A DNA stretch of 64,000 nt from the NCBI GenBank assembly GCA_000002435.2, contig CM018793.1; one strand, given 5' to 3'. The position numbers and the translations under genes were made by a program. This stretch comes from Giardia intestinalis (Eukaryota). Below are positions 49,925 through 59,820 of this stretch, piece by piece. Position 1 is the stretch's first letter, and every line of letters starts with the position of its first letter. The notes beneath the pieces were generated by a model. It ran no database searches. It was given only the letters and a program-made list of their open reading frames with translations, and was not told where the DNA came from.

Positions 49925-52048
49925 ATGTCAGATAGTTCCCGGATAAACAGGTCTGACACTACTTCCAACGATTTATTAAAGGCTATAAATGTACGCCTGC
50001 AGGGTAAATCAGTACATCCCTGGGGCTCAGATCAATATTCAAGTCAAGATCTTCCTCGTAACATTAATGCTGCACCGCCCCTTCTCAGTGTACTTAACTC
50101 CGAAGAGGTGGGCCTATACCGATTTTTTCCATCTGAGTTGCAGGTGGATACATCTGTGCCATTAATAAAGCGAGCCGCTCCCAGGATAAATCCTAAATCT
50201 GATCAAGAAAGCGACATCTTAGTTTCTACTTCTACCTCTATTCCACACGACGACGTGGTCGATGGTACAAATGGGTCAATCACTTCAGATTCGAGCGACG
50301 ACGGAGAGCTTTTCCGACGGCCTACTCCTCAAGCTGGCACCCGCAGCAACTCAATAGCATCAATTCCGCAGTCAAAGCCTGCGCCTCCTTCTCTAAAGCC
50401 AGTTCTACCTTTAACTATGCCAGCACTAAACACAGACACGTCGAAGGAGAAGCTAACACTGACGCTCCCCTTATCTTCTAAGGGTCAACCTTCCCCGTTG
50501 GAGAGCGGACTTAAGCGTTCTCGGCCTATGTCCATGTCTGAAGACAAGGCGCTCAAAATAAAGCAGTACGATGCAATAATGTCGAAAATAACAGAGTTTC
50601 TTTATTTGAGTTCACTCACGGCTGCTCAAAATACAGAGCTATTACAGAAAAATAAAATAACGCATGTGATAAATTGTTGCCTGGAGAGTCAGTCTCCGAA
50701 GTATGGCGTACCCAACTTAGCGTGTCTGCTTCTAAAGTTGCGGGACACTGGACTCGAAAACATCGACTCCTTATTCCTCGAAGCAATAGCCTTTATCCAC
50801 GAGGCACGAATGCAGGGCAAGGCGGTCCTGGTCCACTGCTATCAGGGGGTCTCTCGCTCTGCGTCGCTGGTGATTGCCTACATCATGTGGGCTAATGACT
50901 TATCTTACGAGGAGGCGTATAGCCACGTTCGCTCATGCAGGGGTGTAGTCGCCCCAAATACTGGCTTCGTTTTCAGATTAGTCTCCTGGTGGAGGAGGCG
51001 GCACTCAGATCTCACGACTGCACGGATCGCAGCCAAGTATGCAGAAGAGCACGCCGTCAAAGGGATCATTTCACTAGAAGAAGGATGCAACATCGATGCA
51101 GCGATTCAGGGAATCCGAGGCTCCCACCTAATTAAGTGTACACCGCCAGAAGAACTACACTCCAGACCAGCACTTTACAGACTAGCCCCTTACAACGACA
51201 TGATGCCAGACATGATTGTTTTAAAGCCAGTGGACACTGTTATAAAAAATGGAAAGCCAAACTTTCTCTTAGATGAGAGATTCATATATGTTGCACCGCT
51301 TCCATGCTTTATTATTATCTTCATTGGCGCTGAAGTAGACACACTGCATGATAGTCCAGAGAAAAGGCAGTATTTGAATGTAGCTCTGAACAGACAGCTA
51401 ACACTTTTGAGGTCATATGAAGGTGCTCCATCACAGACTGTTAAGATCTTCCAGAGACAGCTTCGCAACGCCTGTATATCTATACTAAAAGGAGAACACT
51501 CCTACAAGGCCACACTGACGGTTCCGCGAAGCATAATGTTCAGGAGCTCTTCTACTTCTCTCATTCAGCAGCGCCACAACAGCAACAGAGTGCACACAGC
51601 CTTGGCTGTGCTACGGACCAGTGACTTTTCTGCCCCGAAGGGCCACTTTCTGTCTCAGCACAAGTACAACATACTAGATGACTATGAAGGTAGATTTGAA
51701 ATGACCTATGAAAAGGTTGTTACGTATGCCGCCGTTGCATTGGGCATGCTTGGGCTTATTAAGGTAGAGCCCTATGACAAGGATAATCATTTTGAGCACA
51801 CTAAGTCGCAGATCCTTGGCTCCTCGTCTACAGGAGGTCAATCTGGTCTGGTTCACACCAGTGCTCAACCCCAGGCCCGGGTTCAGGTTCGGACAGAGAT
51901 ACTCTACGTTGAGGGTCTGTATGAGCCAACTCCCGTGCTGTATGACTTGGCTAGCGCAGCACTAGCGATAACTGATACTACCATCTGGTCTCCGCTTAGG
52001 ACTCTAGACGTAGATGCTAGCATTATTAGCAGGTTAGAGAAGCAGTGA
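49925..52048 (+). CDS. Dual-specificity protein phosphatase (DUSP) domain protein with a long C-terminal extension
   Basis: Catalytic signature VHCYQGVSRSASLVIAYIM (HCxxGxxRS). The real ATG is 49925 (MSDSSRINR), preceded by gaatttcaaaaaaaATG. Confidence 0.8.
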   Translation: MSDSSRINRSDTTSNDLLKAINVRLQGKSVHPWGSDQYSSQDLPRNINAAPPLLSVLNSEEVGLYRFFPSELQVDTSVPLIKRAAPRINPKSDQESDILVSTSTSIPHDDVVDGTNGSITSDSSDDGELFRRPTPQAGTRSNSIASIPQSKPAPPSLKPVLPLTMPALNTDTSKEKLTLTLPLSSKGQPSPLESGLKRSRPMSMSEDKALKIKQYDAIMSKITEFLYLSSLTAAQNTELLQKNKITHVINCCLESQSPKYGVPNLACLLLKLRDTGLENIDSLFLEAIAFIHEARMQGKAVLVHCYQGVSRSASLVIAYIMWANDLSYEEAYSHVRSCRGVVAPNTGFVFRLVSWWRRRHSDLTTARIAAKYAEEHAVKGIISLEEGCNIDAAIQGIRGSHLIKCTPPEELHSRPALYRLAPYNDMMPDMIVLKPVDTVIKNGKPNFLLDERFIYVAPLPCFIIIFIGAEVDTLHDSPEKRQYLNVALNRQLTLLRSYEGAPSQTVKIFQRQLRNACISILKGEHSYKATLTVPRSIMFRSSSTSLIQQRHNSNRVHTALAVLRTSDFSAPKGHFLSQHKYNILDDYEGRFEMTYEKVVTYAAVALGMLGLIKVEPYDKDNHFEHTKSQILGSSSTGGQSGLVHTSAQPQARVQVRTEILYVEGLYEPTPVLYDLASAALAITDTTIWSPLRTLDVDASIISRLEKQ

Positions 52049-52245
52049 GGAGATGCCCTACAGGTGTCTGTGTTCTTGCATAGTTCAAGAAGCAATGCAT
52101 TACTGGTTCAGCATCTTTTTCACTTAAGTGAATAGTTAATGTTTTTTACTGATTGTACCTGGATTGATTTTTGGAGTGTGGTTTTTTATCGTAAGACCCT
52201 GAGAAATTTGAAATTGTAAAAAGAATAATTTAAAGTTTTGCACTC

Positions 52246-53058
52246 ATGTCAAGCATCACTGTCAACGAAGCAACCCTCACGGAATTACTACAGAAGACCG
52301 TAAAGCTGACTATCTCCAATGGGTCATCGTTCATTGGAAATATTATAGAGGTCCACAATATCTTCTGCGTCTTGGATAACGTTTATCGAGAGACAACTTC
52401 GACTGCGCTTGAGATTATACCGCGCCCCGTGAAATTCAATTATGATCTGATCACAGAGATGAGTCTAATAGATAGGACAGTTGACGCGGCCCACGGGCTT
52501 CCGGCGCTCCCAAATGCAAATAGCCCTGCACATGGTGGAGGAAAGTTCTCTTCTCAAAGGCCTCAAGGGTTTACTTCTGAGAGCAATCGCTCAGAAAGAG
52601 ATGCCGCCGGTGGGAACGTTGAAGATGGCGAAGAAGACCTATTTGGGGACTTAGACTTAGACGCTGAACGTGAACGGTATAAGAAGCAGTTAGCCCAGCG
52701 AAACTTTATTACTACAGGTGCCCAGCCTGATGAGAGCTCCGCTCCGCTTTCGTACGATTCTAAAAAGAGCTTCTTCGATACTCTGACCGTGCAGAAGGGA
52801 ACACGAAGGAATAATAATAATGGAGCCAATCGTTTCCAAGATAATAGGCGCAGTGATCGCAACGAAGGAAGTGGCAGTTCTGGTTCTAATAACGTCAATA
52901 ACAGGAGAAAGAACGAGCAACACAGGGGGCACGACAATGATGGCGGATATCGTAATAGAAATCGTAATAGACAGCAGAGCTCTGCTCAAGCAGATTCGGA
53001 ATACAGGCATCGTGGCACAGGCGGTAGGCCCCCGGGTCGCTTCGCCAATGCTACGTAG
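52246..53058 (+). CDS. Sm-like (LSm) domain protein with an FFD-like box and RG/N-rich tail; LSm14/Scd6-like
   Basis: N-terminus KTVKLTISNGSSFIGNIIEVHNIFCVLDNV has an Sm-fold pattern. SFFDTL lies mid-protein. The C-terminus is rich in RNRNRNR/RGTGGRPPGRF. Confidence 0.55.
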   Translation: MSSITVNEATLTELLQKTVKLTISNGSSFIGNIIEVHNIFCVLDNVYRETTSTALEIIPRPVKFNYDLITEMSLIDRTVDAAHGLPALPNANSPAHGGGKFSSQRPQGFTSESNRSERDAAGGNVEDGEEDLFGDLDLDAERERYKKQLAQRNFITTGAQPDESSAPLSYDSKKSFFDTLTVQKGTRRNNNNGANRFQDNRRSDRNEGSGSSGSNNVNNRRKNEQHRGHDNDGGYRNRNRNRQQSSAQADSEYRHRGTGGRPPGRFANAT

Positions 53059-53144
53059 GCATGCAGCTAGTAGTATGTGCGGCGTAGTCAGCGCAATATG
53101 TGAAGTATAACAAAGTAAAGAGTAAATCACTAAATTAAAGTGCC

Positions 53145-54548
53145 ATGCTCGTGCCAAGCCTCTCTGTTGCTCCTGAGGCCCCCGTGAATGTGGTGGATCT
53201 AGGGTCATTTGAGATACGTGCAGGAGTTGCAGGGCTCGACGGTCCGACGTATGTGCGGCCATCATTTATAGTAGGCGAATCATTACCCTCCGGAGGAGCC
53301 GCAGAGGCTATTTCCTCCGACCAGGCTATATCTTATCTGCCTGATGAGCGGTACCTTTTCAAGCCCATGCCAAATCGTGTGGTTTCCCAAATTATAGCCA
53401 ATGGATGTGTAACTAGGGAAGATCAATTTTCTTCGCTCTGCAATCTATTATTCAATGGAAGTTCGCGATGCAAATCACACGCATTTCGTGAATTGGATCC
53501 TGGTTATCCTATGGCCCTGTTTCAGCCTCACTTTGTTCAGCCCTTAGAACGAGACCTCATAGCTTCTTGTCTATTTGAAACACACAGCATCCCTGCTTTG
53601 TACATAGGAGACCAGGAGGCTGCGGCTGCATATTCTGTCGGTAAAACCACCGCCCTAGTCATAGATGTCGGATATGGAAAGACTGTTGTCTCGCCAATAG
53701 TAGACGGCCATTGCATTCATTCCAAGAGCTACCGCTCTGACGTGACCGGAAAGCTTCTTCACGAGATACTGGAGCACGAAATATATGCACAGCTTCGGAC
53801 ACAACATGGTTCACTGGGTACTGGTCAAGACCTTAACGCACAGGACGCTATTCGGCCCAAAGAAAGTGTCTCCTTGTTGACCAATGTCCAGGTAAAGCAG
53901 GTGTATGACGCTACGACGAACACATACACACGCACACAGCTGCCACCAGAGCTTTGTGGACCATCATTCGTTGCCTTTCACAAGCAGCTCCTTCTGTCCG
54001 AAATAGTACAGTTTTGCTTCCAAGCATCTCACAAACCGATGGACATGCAGCTAGACTACCGTGGGATGCAAAAGGAGCTTCACGAGAAGGGGTCTGTATC
54101 TCACTACCTGTTGCCAGACGGCAATAAGATTGACCTGTCCTTTTCAGCCAGTCTTATACCAGAGGGCCTTTTCAACACATCCGTGTATCCTATCTTCTTC
54201 AACACCCGTCTTCTAGATCCTACCTCAATTCAAATGCATGCTCACAAGGCGATAGTTTCCCTTCATGACAGCGTACAGCCAGAACTGGCGTCAAACGTGG
54301 TTGTTGTGGGAGGGCTTAGCAATATCAATGGGGTGTTGAACCGCCTAAAGCTAGAACTGGAGTCCGTCATACCATCTGTTCTCAAAGTTAAGCTCGTGAA
54401 CTCGCAGTACAATAACCTATCGCGCAGGTTCGCCGTGTGGTATGGAGGAAACGTGCTCAGCAGCTTGGGGACCTTCCCTTACTTCTGGGCCAGCAAGGCG
54501 GAATACGAAGAGTACGGCATAAGCATCCTCGACAGGCGGCGCCTCTGA
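53145..54548 (+). CDS. Actin-related protein (actin fold)
   Basis: VVDLGSFEIRAGVAGLDGP (phosphate-1 loop), VIDVGYGKTVVSPIVDGH (phosphate-2), and a C-terminal WYGGNVLSSLGTFPYFWASKAEYEEYGISIL that matches the actin [31 protein letters not shown]. Confidence 0.8.
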   Translation: MLVPSLSVAPEAPVNVVDLGSFEIRAGVAGLDGPTYVRPSFIVGESLPSGGAAEAISSDQAISYLPDERYLFKPMPNRVVSQIIANGCVTREDQFSSLCNLLFNGSSRCKSHAFRELDPGYPMALFQPHFVQPLERDLIASCLFETHSIPALYIGDQEAAAAYSVGKTTALVIDVGYGKTVVSPIVDGHCIHSKSYRSDVTGKLLHEILEHEIYAQLRTQHGSLGTGQDLNAQDAIRPKESVSLLTNVQVKQVYDATTNTYTRTQLPPELCGPSFVAFHKQLLLSEIVQFCFQASHKPMDMQLDYRGMQKELHEKGSVSHYLLPDGNKIDLSFSASLIPEGLFNTSVYPIFFNTRLLDPTSIQMHAHKAIVSLHDSVQPELASNVVVVGGLSNINGVLNRLKLELESVIPSVLKVKLVNSQYNNLSRRFAVWYGGNVLSSLGTFPYFWASKAEYEEYGISILDRRRL

Positions 54549-54566
54549 CTCGAATTCGTTTACTGC

Positions 54567-54995
54567 CTAGTGGACGCACTCAGCCGTCGTGGAGATCTTG
54601 GGCCATCTGTCCGCTGCTTCCTTAGCCACGGGCCCCGTGATAGACGAGCCCTTGAGCTCACCCTTTGGGTTGATAATGACCCCTGCGTTATCCTGGAAGT
54701 AGATCCAGACCCCGTCCTTGCGGCGCCAGACCTTTCGCTGGCGAACGACGACTGCTGGTGTTACTTTTCGACGAAGCTCCGGCTTCCCGTCGCGGCCAAC
54801 TGTGATAAGGACCATATCGCCAACAGAGGCTTTCGGGAACCTGTTCAGATGCCCCTTCCAGTTCTTGACAGCTATCATGTTGAGAGACTTTGCGCCAGAG
54901 TTGTCTGCGCAATTGATCACCGCCCCGACCGGGAGACCGCACGAGATGCGGAACTTGTTGCCAATGCCTCCGGACCTGCCACGCTTCGACGCCAT
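54567..54995 (-). CDS. RPL23: 60S ribosomal protein L23 (uL14)
   Basis: Near end-to-end match to eukaryotic RPL23: [31 protein letters not shown]...[61 protein letters not shown]. Confidence 0.95.
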   Translation of the reverse strand: MASKRGRSGGIGNKFRISCGLPVGAVINCADNSGAKSLNMIAVKNWKGHLNRFPKASVGDMVLITVGRDGKPELRRKVTPAVVVRQRKVWRRKDGVWIYFQDNAGVIINPKGELKGSSITGPVAKEAADRWPKISTTAECVH

Positions 54996-55081
54996 CTCCT
55001 CGATCCGTCATTAGGAAACGAGTAAAAAGCGAAATTAAAGTTGTAATTATTTTTTAAATATTTTTTGAGGATTTATCGGAA

Positions 55082-56671
55082 TCATTCGGTCTCGTAGACC
55101 AGCTCTGGAGGCGTGATGGTCTTTCCCCGGCGTATAAGCTCCATAGCGGCTATGCATGCCTTTTGTATCATAATATAGTGGTCTTTCGAGGCCTTGTCCA
55201 GATCGACAAGTATAGCAGCAGCCCTTTCGGCATACTGATACTCCCCAGCAGCAAAGCATTCGTTAGCAATGACCTTCATGAGGAGGATTGTTTGCAGGCT
55301 ATTCTTCTCTGCGTCTCTGTAGAGGTCAAAGGCCTCTGCAGAGCGCTGCGCTCTGATAAGAAGGCGTCCAAGCCACGTTCTGTGCACAGGAGTAAAGTTG
55401 GTACTACCCATTACGCTCATGAGCCTCTCAAGGGCTTCTGTGACCTTGCAGGTTGCCGCAAGACAGAGAGAATAATTCAGCATAAACGAATCCTCAGACT
55501 CCTTTGGTATGTCAGCAATGGACTCTAGATACATGCTTGCCTCCTCAAACTCTCCTGTCAGAAAGTACGCTGCGGCCATAGCCCTGCGTCCCAGAACAGT
55601 GTCCCTATCTGCATCCGACTGTCCAACCGTGCTGTATGCTGCCTGGGCATACTGTAGCACGGCCATATCCTGCACGGTTTGGCCGTAGTATGCATATGCA
55701 GCGGCCTTCAGTGTGTACTCTGCAGACACTGCAGGCTCGAAAGACTGTACAACCTTATAGGCATCCTCATATTGGCCCTTTTCAATATACAACTTGACGA
55801 GGTTTTGGCGTGCTTCTGAAACAATCCCGACTAGAGGTGGAAGAATGTGCACTGCGGCGTTCATTTCCGTGTATAAACACTTGTTATGCTTGAATATTGG
55901 AAGCCCTACAATCGTTTCGTCGTTTTGGAGCTCTTCCAGTATCTTAAGTGCTTCAGCCATTTTTCCTTGTCTGAACTTGGTGGCTGCATACAGGTTGAGG
56001 GACGTCAGGGAGTCCTCTGCATTCTCCCGATACAACATCAGAAACTCTTCTGACTTTAGATAATCCCCCAGTTTGTAGTAGCAAAGAGCCATGTGCATAT
56101 AGATCGCAAAGCACTCCGGCTGCACCTGAAGAACCTCTTCGTAACACTCAAGAGCCTGCTGGTAGTGCGTCCTAAGAAAGTGCACGGCAGCCAGTGCCAT
56201 CTGGTCTGCAGATACGTTTCTGAGTTTTGTGTGATACGTAACAAGCGATTCCTCATCTAGAAGCCGCGAGCAGGCGTGAAATAGCAATCTGTTAGAAAGA
56301 GGCGTAGGGGGCAGCGTAGTTGCCAACTCACGTGCGTCGCCCATCTGGCCCAGATACAGCATGCAGATGGCACGGTAGAGATCGAGGGTGTGAGCATCAA
56401 GAGGGGGGTTCTTACTCTTCTTTAGAGCAGTATAAATTTCAAGCGCCTCTTCGTGCCGGCCCAGGTGGAAGTTGCAGTAAGCAATCCAGAGATCTGCATT
56501 TCCCACCTCGGCGGTGTTCCTGGTGGACTTCAGAAATTTGAGGACTGTTATTGCTCCCAGAAAGTCACGCCTTTCAATAAAGACTTGGAAGCTAGGAATC
56601 TCGTTCTTTGCTGCTTCATGCTCTTGCTCCTTTGACCTCTCGAAGGCCGTGGTCATTCTGTTGTGTAACAT
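55082..56671 (-). CDS. IFT56: Intraflagellar transport protein IFT56 (TTC26/DYF-13), TPR protein
   Basis: IPSFQVFIERRDFLGAITVLKFLK...NADLWIAYCNFHLGRHEEALEIY and NRLLFHACSRLLDEESLVTYHTKLRNVSADQMALAAVHFLRTHYQQALECYEEVL align to human TTC26 (IPKLEELLSKRDFTGAITLLEF...[76 protein letters not shown]). Confidence 0.9.
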   Translation of the reverse strand: MLHNRMTTAFERSKEQEHEAAKNEIPSFQVFIERRDFLGAITVLKFLKSTRNTAEVGNADLWIAYCNFHLGRHEEALEIYTALKKSKNPPLDAHTLDLYRAICMLYLGQMGDARELATTLPPTPLSNRLLFHACSRLLDEESLVTYHTKLRNVSADQMALAAVHFLRTHYQQALECYEEVLQVQPECFAIYMHMALCYYKLGDYLKSEEFLMLYRENAEDSLTSLNLYAATKFRQGKMAEALKILEELQNDETIVGLPIFKHNKCLYTEMNAAVHILPPLVGIVSEARQNLVKLYIEKGQYEDAYKVVQSFEPAVSAEYTLKAAAYAYYGQTVQDMAVLQYAQAAYSTVGQSDADRDTVLGRRAMAAAYFLTGEFEEASMYLESIADIPKESEDSFMLNYSLCLAATCKVTEALERLMSVMGSTNFTPVHRTWLGRLLIRAQRSAEAFDLYRDAEKNSLQTILLMKVIANECFAAGEYQYAERAAAILVDLDKASKDHYIMIQKACIAAMELIRRGKTITPPELVYETE

Positions 56672-56892
56672 GTTGTCGACTGCTCTTTTTTGTAATTGAT
56701 TTTAAGGACGTTGTCCCGAAGAAGCCACGCATATCACTGAGTACATATTTCAGCTCAGGGCAGGTGTATACATGCCTATAAGTGTTGACGATTTAAAACC
56801 CAAATGCAAAAAAACACTAAAGTCTCACCAAAAGTGGACCACATTCAAACATAACCACAATTGAATAGCTTCTATTCGGTCTTTCTATCTAC

Positions 56893-59103
56893 ATGCTTAT
56901 TCCTAGTGTTTTAATCTTATTCTTCATAGTAAGGTCTTCTGGGACAAACTGTCCTGCTCCTGTGCCGATCGGGTGCTCACTGTGTGAAGAGGAAACGTAC
57001 AAAGATGCAATGGTCCCAGTGCCCTACTGTAAGAAATGTGACGCCCAATACACCCTCAATCCAGTCTTTAAAATCTGTGATCTGAACTGTGATAACAATC
57101 ACATTATCGGTTGCACAACGTGCTCCGGTTCAACTTGCACTGGATGTGCTGACGTATATATCTTGCTTGACGGGAAATGCATTCCGAGAGAGTGTGTTGC
57201 AGACGGTAAGGAATGCAGTGGTAGGGGGACTTGCACACAGATCGGTAGTCAGCTTATGTACCACTGCGCCTGTAGTAACCCCTTGTTTGACGAATTCTCC
57301 AATTGCGCAGAGTGCCTTGGAGGATACATTTTGTCTGGAGACACCTGTAATCCCCGGCCGTGCACAGAGCGATATACTGAGCGTTGCAGTATGTGCAATA
57401 AGGATGGCACCTGCTACTCATGCAAGAAGGGCTTTTTCAGCCCTAATCTGGACTGCGGCTCTCCGTGCCCCATTGGTTGCGATTGTGATCCAGCACTTAA
57501 CTATCTCAAGTGTACGTCTTGTCACGAAGGCTTTTCTCTATCGTCTGAAACAGGATTAATGACATGTAAAGCTGTAACTAACTGCACTGCAAAGCCTGCG
57601 TGTATGTGGTGTGACGCTAACAATGTTTGCTTGACATGCGTAAGTGGACGGTCTGACCCGCAATCAAATTGCTCTGTGCCTTGTGCAGACATCCGAGGGT
57701 GTTCAGATTGCAGTCCCACAGATCCAAATACTTGTATTCAGTGCATAGATAGTGAGACAACCGCAGATAGGTGTCGACCGTATTGCTTCCCTCCACATTC
57801 TGCTGGGTCCCTATCTGTTTGCGCAGAAATCTATGACATCTATTCCGCCGTACTTCCTTACTCGGTTGTTTCTTTCTATAACGTACGGTACTCTACTCAT
57901 TCTTACGGATTCATTGCATGCAACAAGCTGGGCAACATCACAGATTCTGGTCTCTGTGTATGCTACAACGATCCGCTGCGAGACCCTGCCACGACATGTG
58001 TGGAGTGTTTACCCGGATATATGTTGAATCGGTATACCCAGCGCTGCCTTAAGGATACATTGAATACTAAGGATACGCATTGCATGGTGGGGGATTTGGA
58101 GGCAAACCAGTGCTACACTTGTATGGATGGCTATTATGGTTTAGCAAAAAAGTGTCCGTTTGAGTGTAACATTGAAAACTGCCTCAGATGCACAGACGAC
58201 GGACAGAAGTGTATAGCTTGTAAGCAAAATTTCGATCCTTCTACTGAGGGTCTCTGTATTCCCTTAAGAATACTTTCATCATGCGAAGACGAAAGCTCCG
58301 TGACAGACGAAGGGGTGTGCACCCCAAGTTGCGGTCTACCATTTACATGCGCTAAAGAGAAGTCTGGGAGTTGGGCCTGCGTCCATCCTCGCTGTGTGAA
58401 AATAATAAATGGTGAGAAGCAGGTATGTGGGCTAAAAGGCACCTGTACGCGTGCGGGCTCGTGCATCTGTGATGACCCTCATACGTGGGACTTTTGTTCA
58501 ACGTGTGCACCCGGCTGGACAAGGTCTTCACCGTCTTCTACTTGCGACACACAAGACTGCTTCCCACAGTGCTCTAACGGTGGTGTCTGTCAGATAAAGG
58601 ATGGGAGCCCTGTCTGTCGGTGTGCTTTCAACTGGAATCCCGCTACACAGTGTGTCACTTGTCTTCCCGGCTATACTGGAAGGAACTGTAACATTCCCTA
58701 CTGTTTTATCAACGAAGACTGTGAGGCTGGGCAAACATGTGTCTCTGGAAAGTGTAATGATGACCCATGTAGTAGCAACAATAACTTGGTGTGTAATGGG
58801 CACGGAACGTGCACTTTCCACAACAATATCCGTCAATGCACTTGTAATCCTGGATATAGTAATGAGACCAATTGCCTGACGTGCACTAAGGAATATTACC
58901 TTAAGAACAATCGCTGTGTACTCGGTTCGTCGCGTGTATTGTCATCCTCGATGATCGCGGGCTTGTCTGTAGGATCTATTATCTTATTGACTGCTGTGGC
59001 TCTCTCCATATATTTTGGTGTTAGAGCGTGCCAGAAGAAGAACCGGTCCCAAGTATCTTTCTCGCGAACAGTTCCCATTGGAGATGAAGATTGCAATCCT
59101 TAA
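56893..59103 (+). CDS. Cysteine-rich EGF-like / tenascin-like type I membrane protein
   Basis: Signal peptide MLIPSVLILFFIVRSSG. Repeated EGF/laminin-EGF-like modules (CxCxxxxxDxxCxxCxPGYxGxxC: CVCYNDPLRDPATTCVECLPGYM, CICDDPHTWDFCSTCAPGW, CRCAFNWNPATQCVTCLPGYTGRNC). C-terminal TM (MIAGLSVGSIILLTAVALSIYFGV) and a short tail. Confidence 0.8.
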   Translation: MLIPSVLILFFIVRSSGTNCPAPVPIGCSLCEEETYKDAMVPVPYCKKCDAQYTLNPVFKICDLNCDNNHIIGCTTCSGSTCTGCADVYILLDGKCIPRECVADGKECSGRGTCTQIGSQLMYHCACSNPLFDEFSNCAECLGGYILSGDTCNPRPCTERYTERCSMCNKDGTCYSCKKGFFSPNLDCGSPCPIGCDCDPALNYLKCTSCHEGFSLSSETGLMTCKAVTNCTAKPACMWCDANNVCLTCVSGRSDPQSNCSVPCADIRGCSDCSPTDPNTCIQCIDSETTADRCRPYCFPPHSAGSLSVCAEIYDIYSAVLPYSVVSFYNVRYSTHSYGFIACNKLGNITDSGLCVCYNDPLRDPATTCVECLPGYMLNRYTQRCLKDTLNTKDTHCMVGDLEANQCYTCMDGYYGLAKKCPFECNIENCLRCTDDGQKCIACKQNFDPSTEGLCIPLRILSSCEDESSVTDEGVCTPSCGLPFTCAKEKSGSWACVHPRCVKIINGEKQVCGLKGTCTRAGSCICDDPHTWDFCSTCAPGWTRSSPSSTCDTQDCFPQCSNGGVCQIKDGSPVCRCAFNWNPATQCVTCLPGYTGRNCNIPYCFINEDCEAGQTCVSGKCNDDPCSSNNNLVCNGHGTCTFHNNIRQCTCNPGYSNETNCLTCTKEYYLKNNRCVLGSSRVLSSSMIAGLSVGSIILLTAVALSIYFGVRACQKKNRSQVSFSRTVPIGDEDCNP

Positions 59104-59820
59104 CTATTTCTTGCCAGAAGTTGAAGGAAAGGAGCTGTTGATGAACTGAGTACTACCATTCTGCACAGTGAGCGGTGGCTATCTGATGAGTGTGTATCTC
59201 TAAGCAGGTGTCCCCAGTAGCAGCAGCGCTTGGATGTTCTGGCGTATTAATGCTTTTCTGTAAAGTGCACATTGTCCTCCATATCGTGTTATTTTCACAT
59301 GAAACTACAGATCCCATACCTCTCATGAATCACTTCGTTACTAAGTGCGTACGGTCCATTGGAAGATGAATGGCGGTTCAGCAGGATTTCTTGCCACAGG
59401 GCTAAGTAAAGTAGCTCTTAAAAACTTGCGCTATGACTTCCATGCCACTAAGCGAGCTGTGTTAGGAGACTTGAGTGTGTGTCTTGTATCGAAAGATTGG
59501 TCCTGTATGTTAACCAAAGCCTACTTGCTTTTGTAATAGCTCAACCTTGTCGGAGTGATCTTTCCCCTGCAATGAGCCCTATCAATCTTTCACTGCTTTA
59601 CACTCCTTATAGCTCGGCTTAAATAGATTTGATAGGCAAGCAACGCAATCAAAAAGAGTTAAAGCAGAGACAGGATTTACTCGTTTGCGACACAACCTAG
59701 TGCCAGCTCACGATTCTTTTTCAGACCCTTCATGTGTGGCCTGTGAATGCACCTCTTTCCTTAGCTCTAGTTTCTATCACTTAATCCAGCACACTACTAG
59801 CCATAGAATAATACTTTGCT

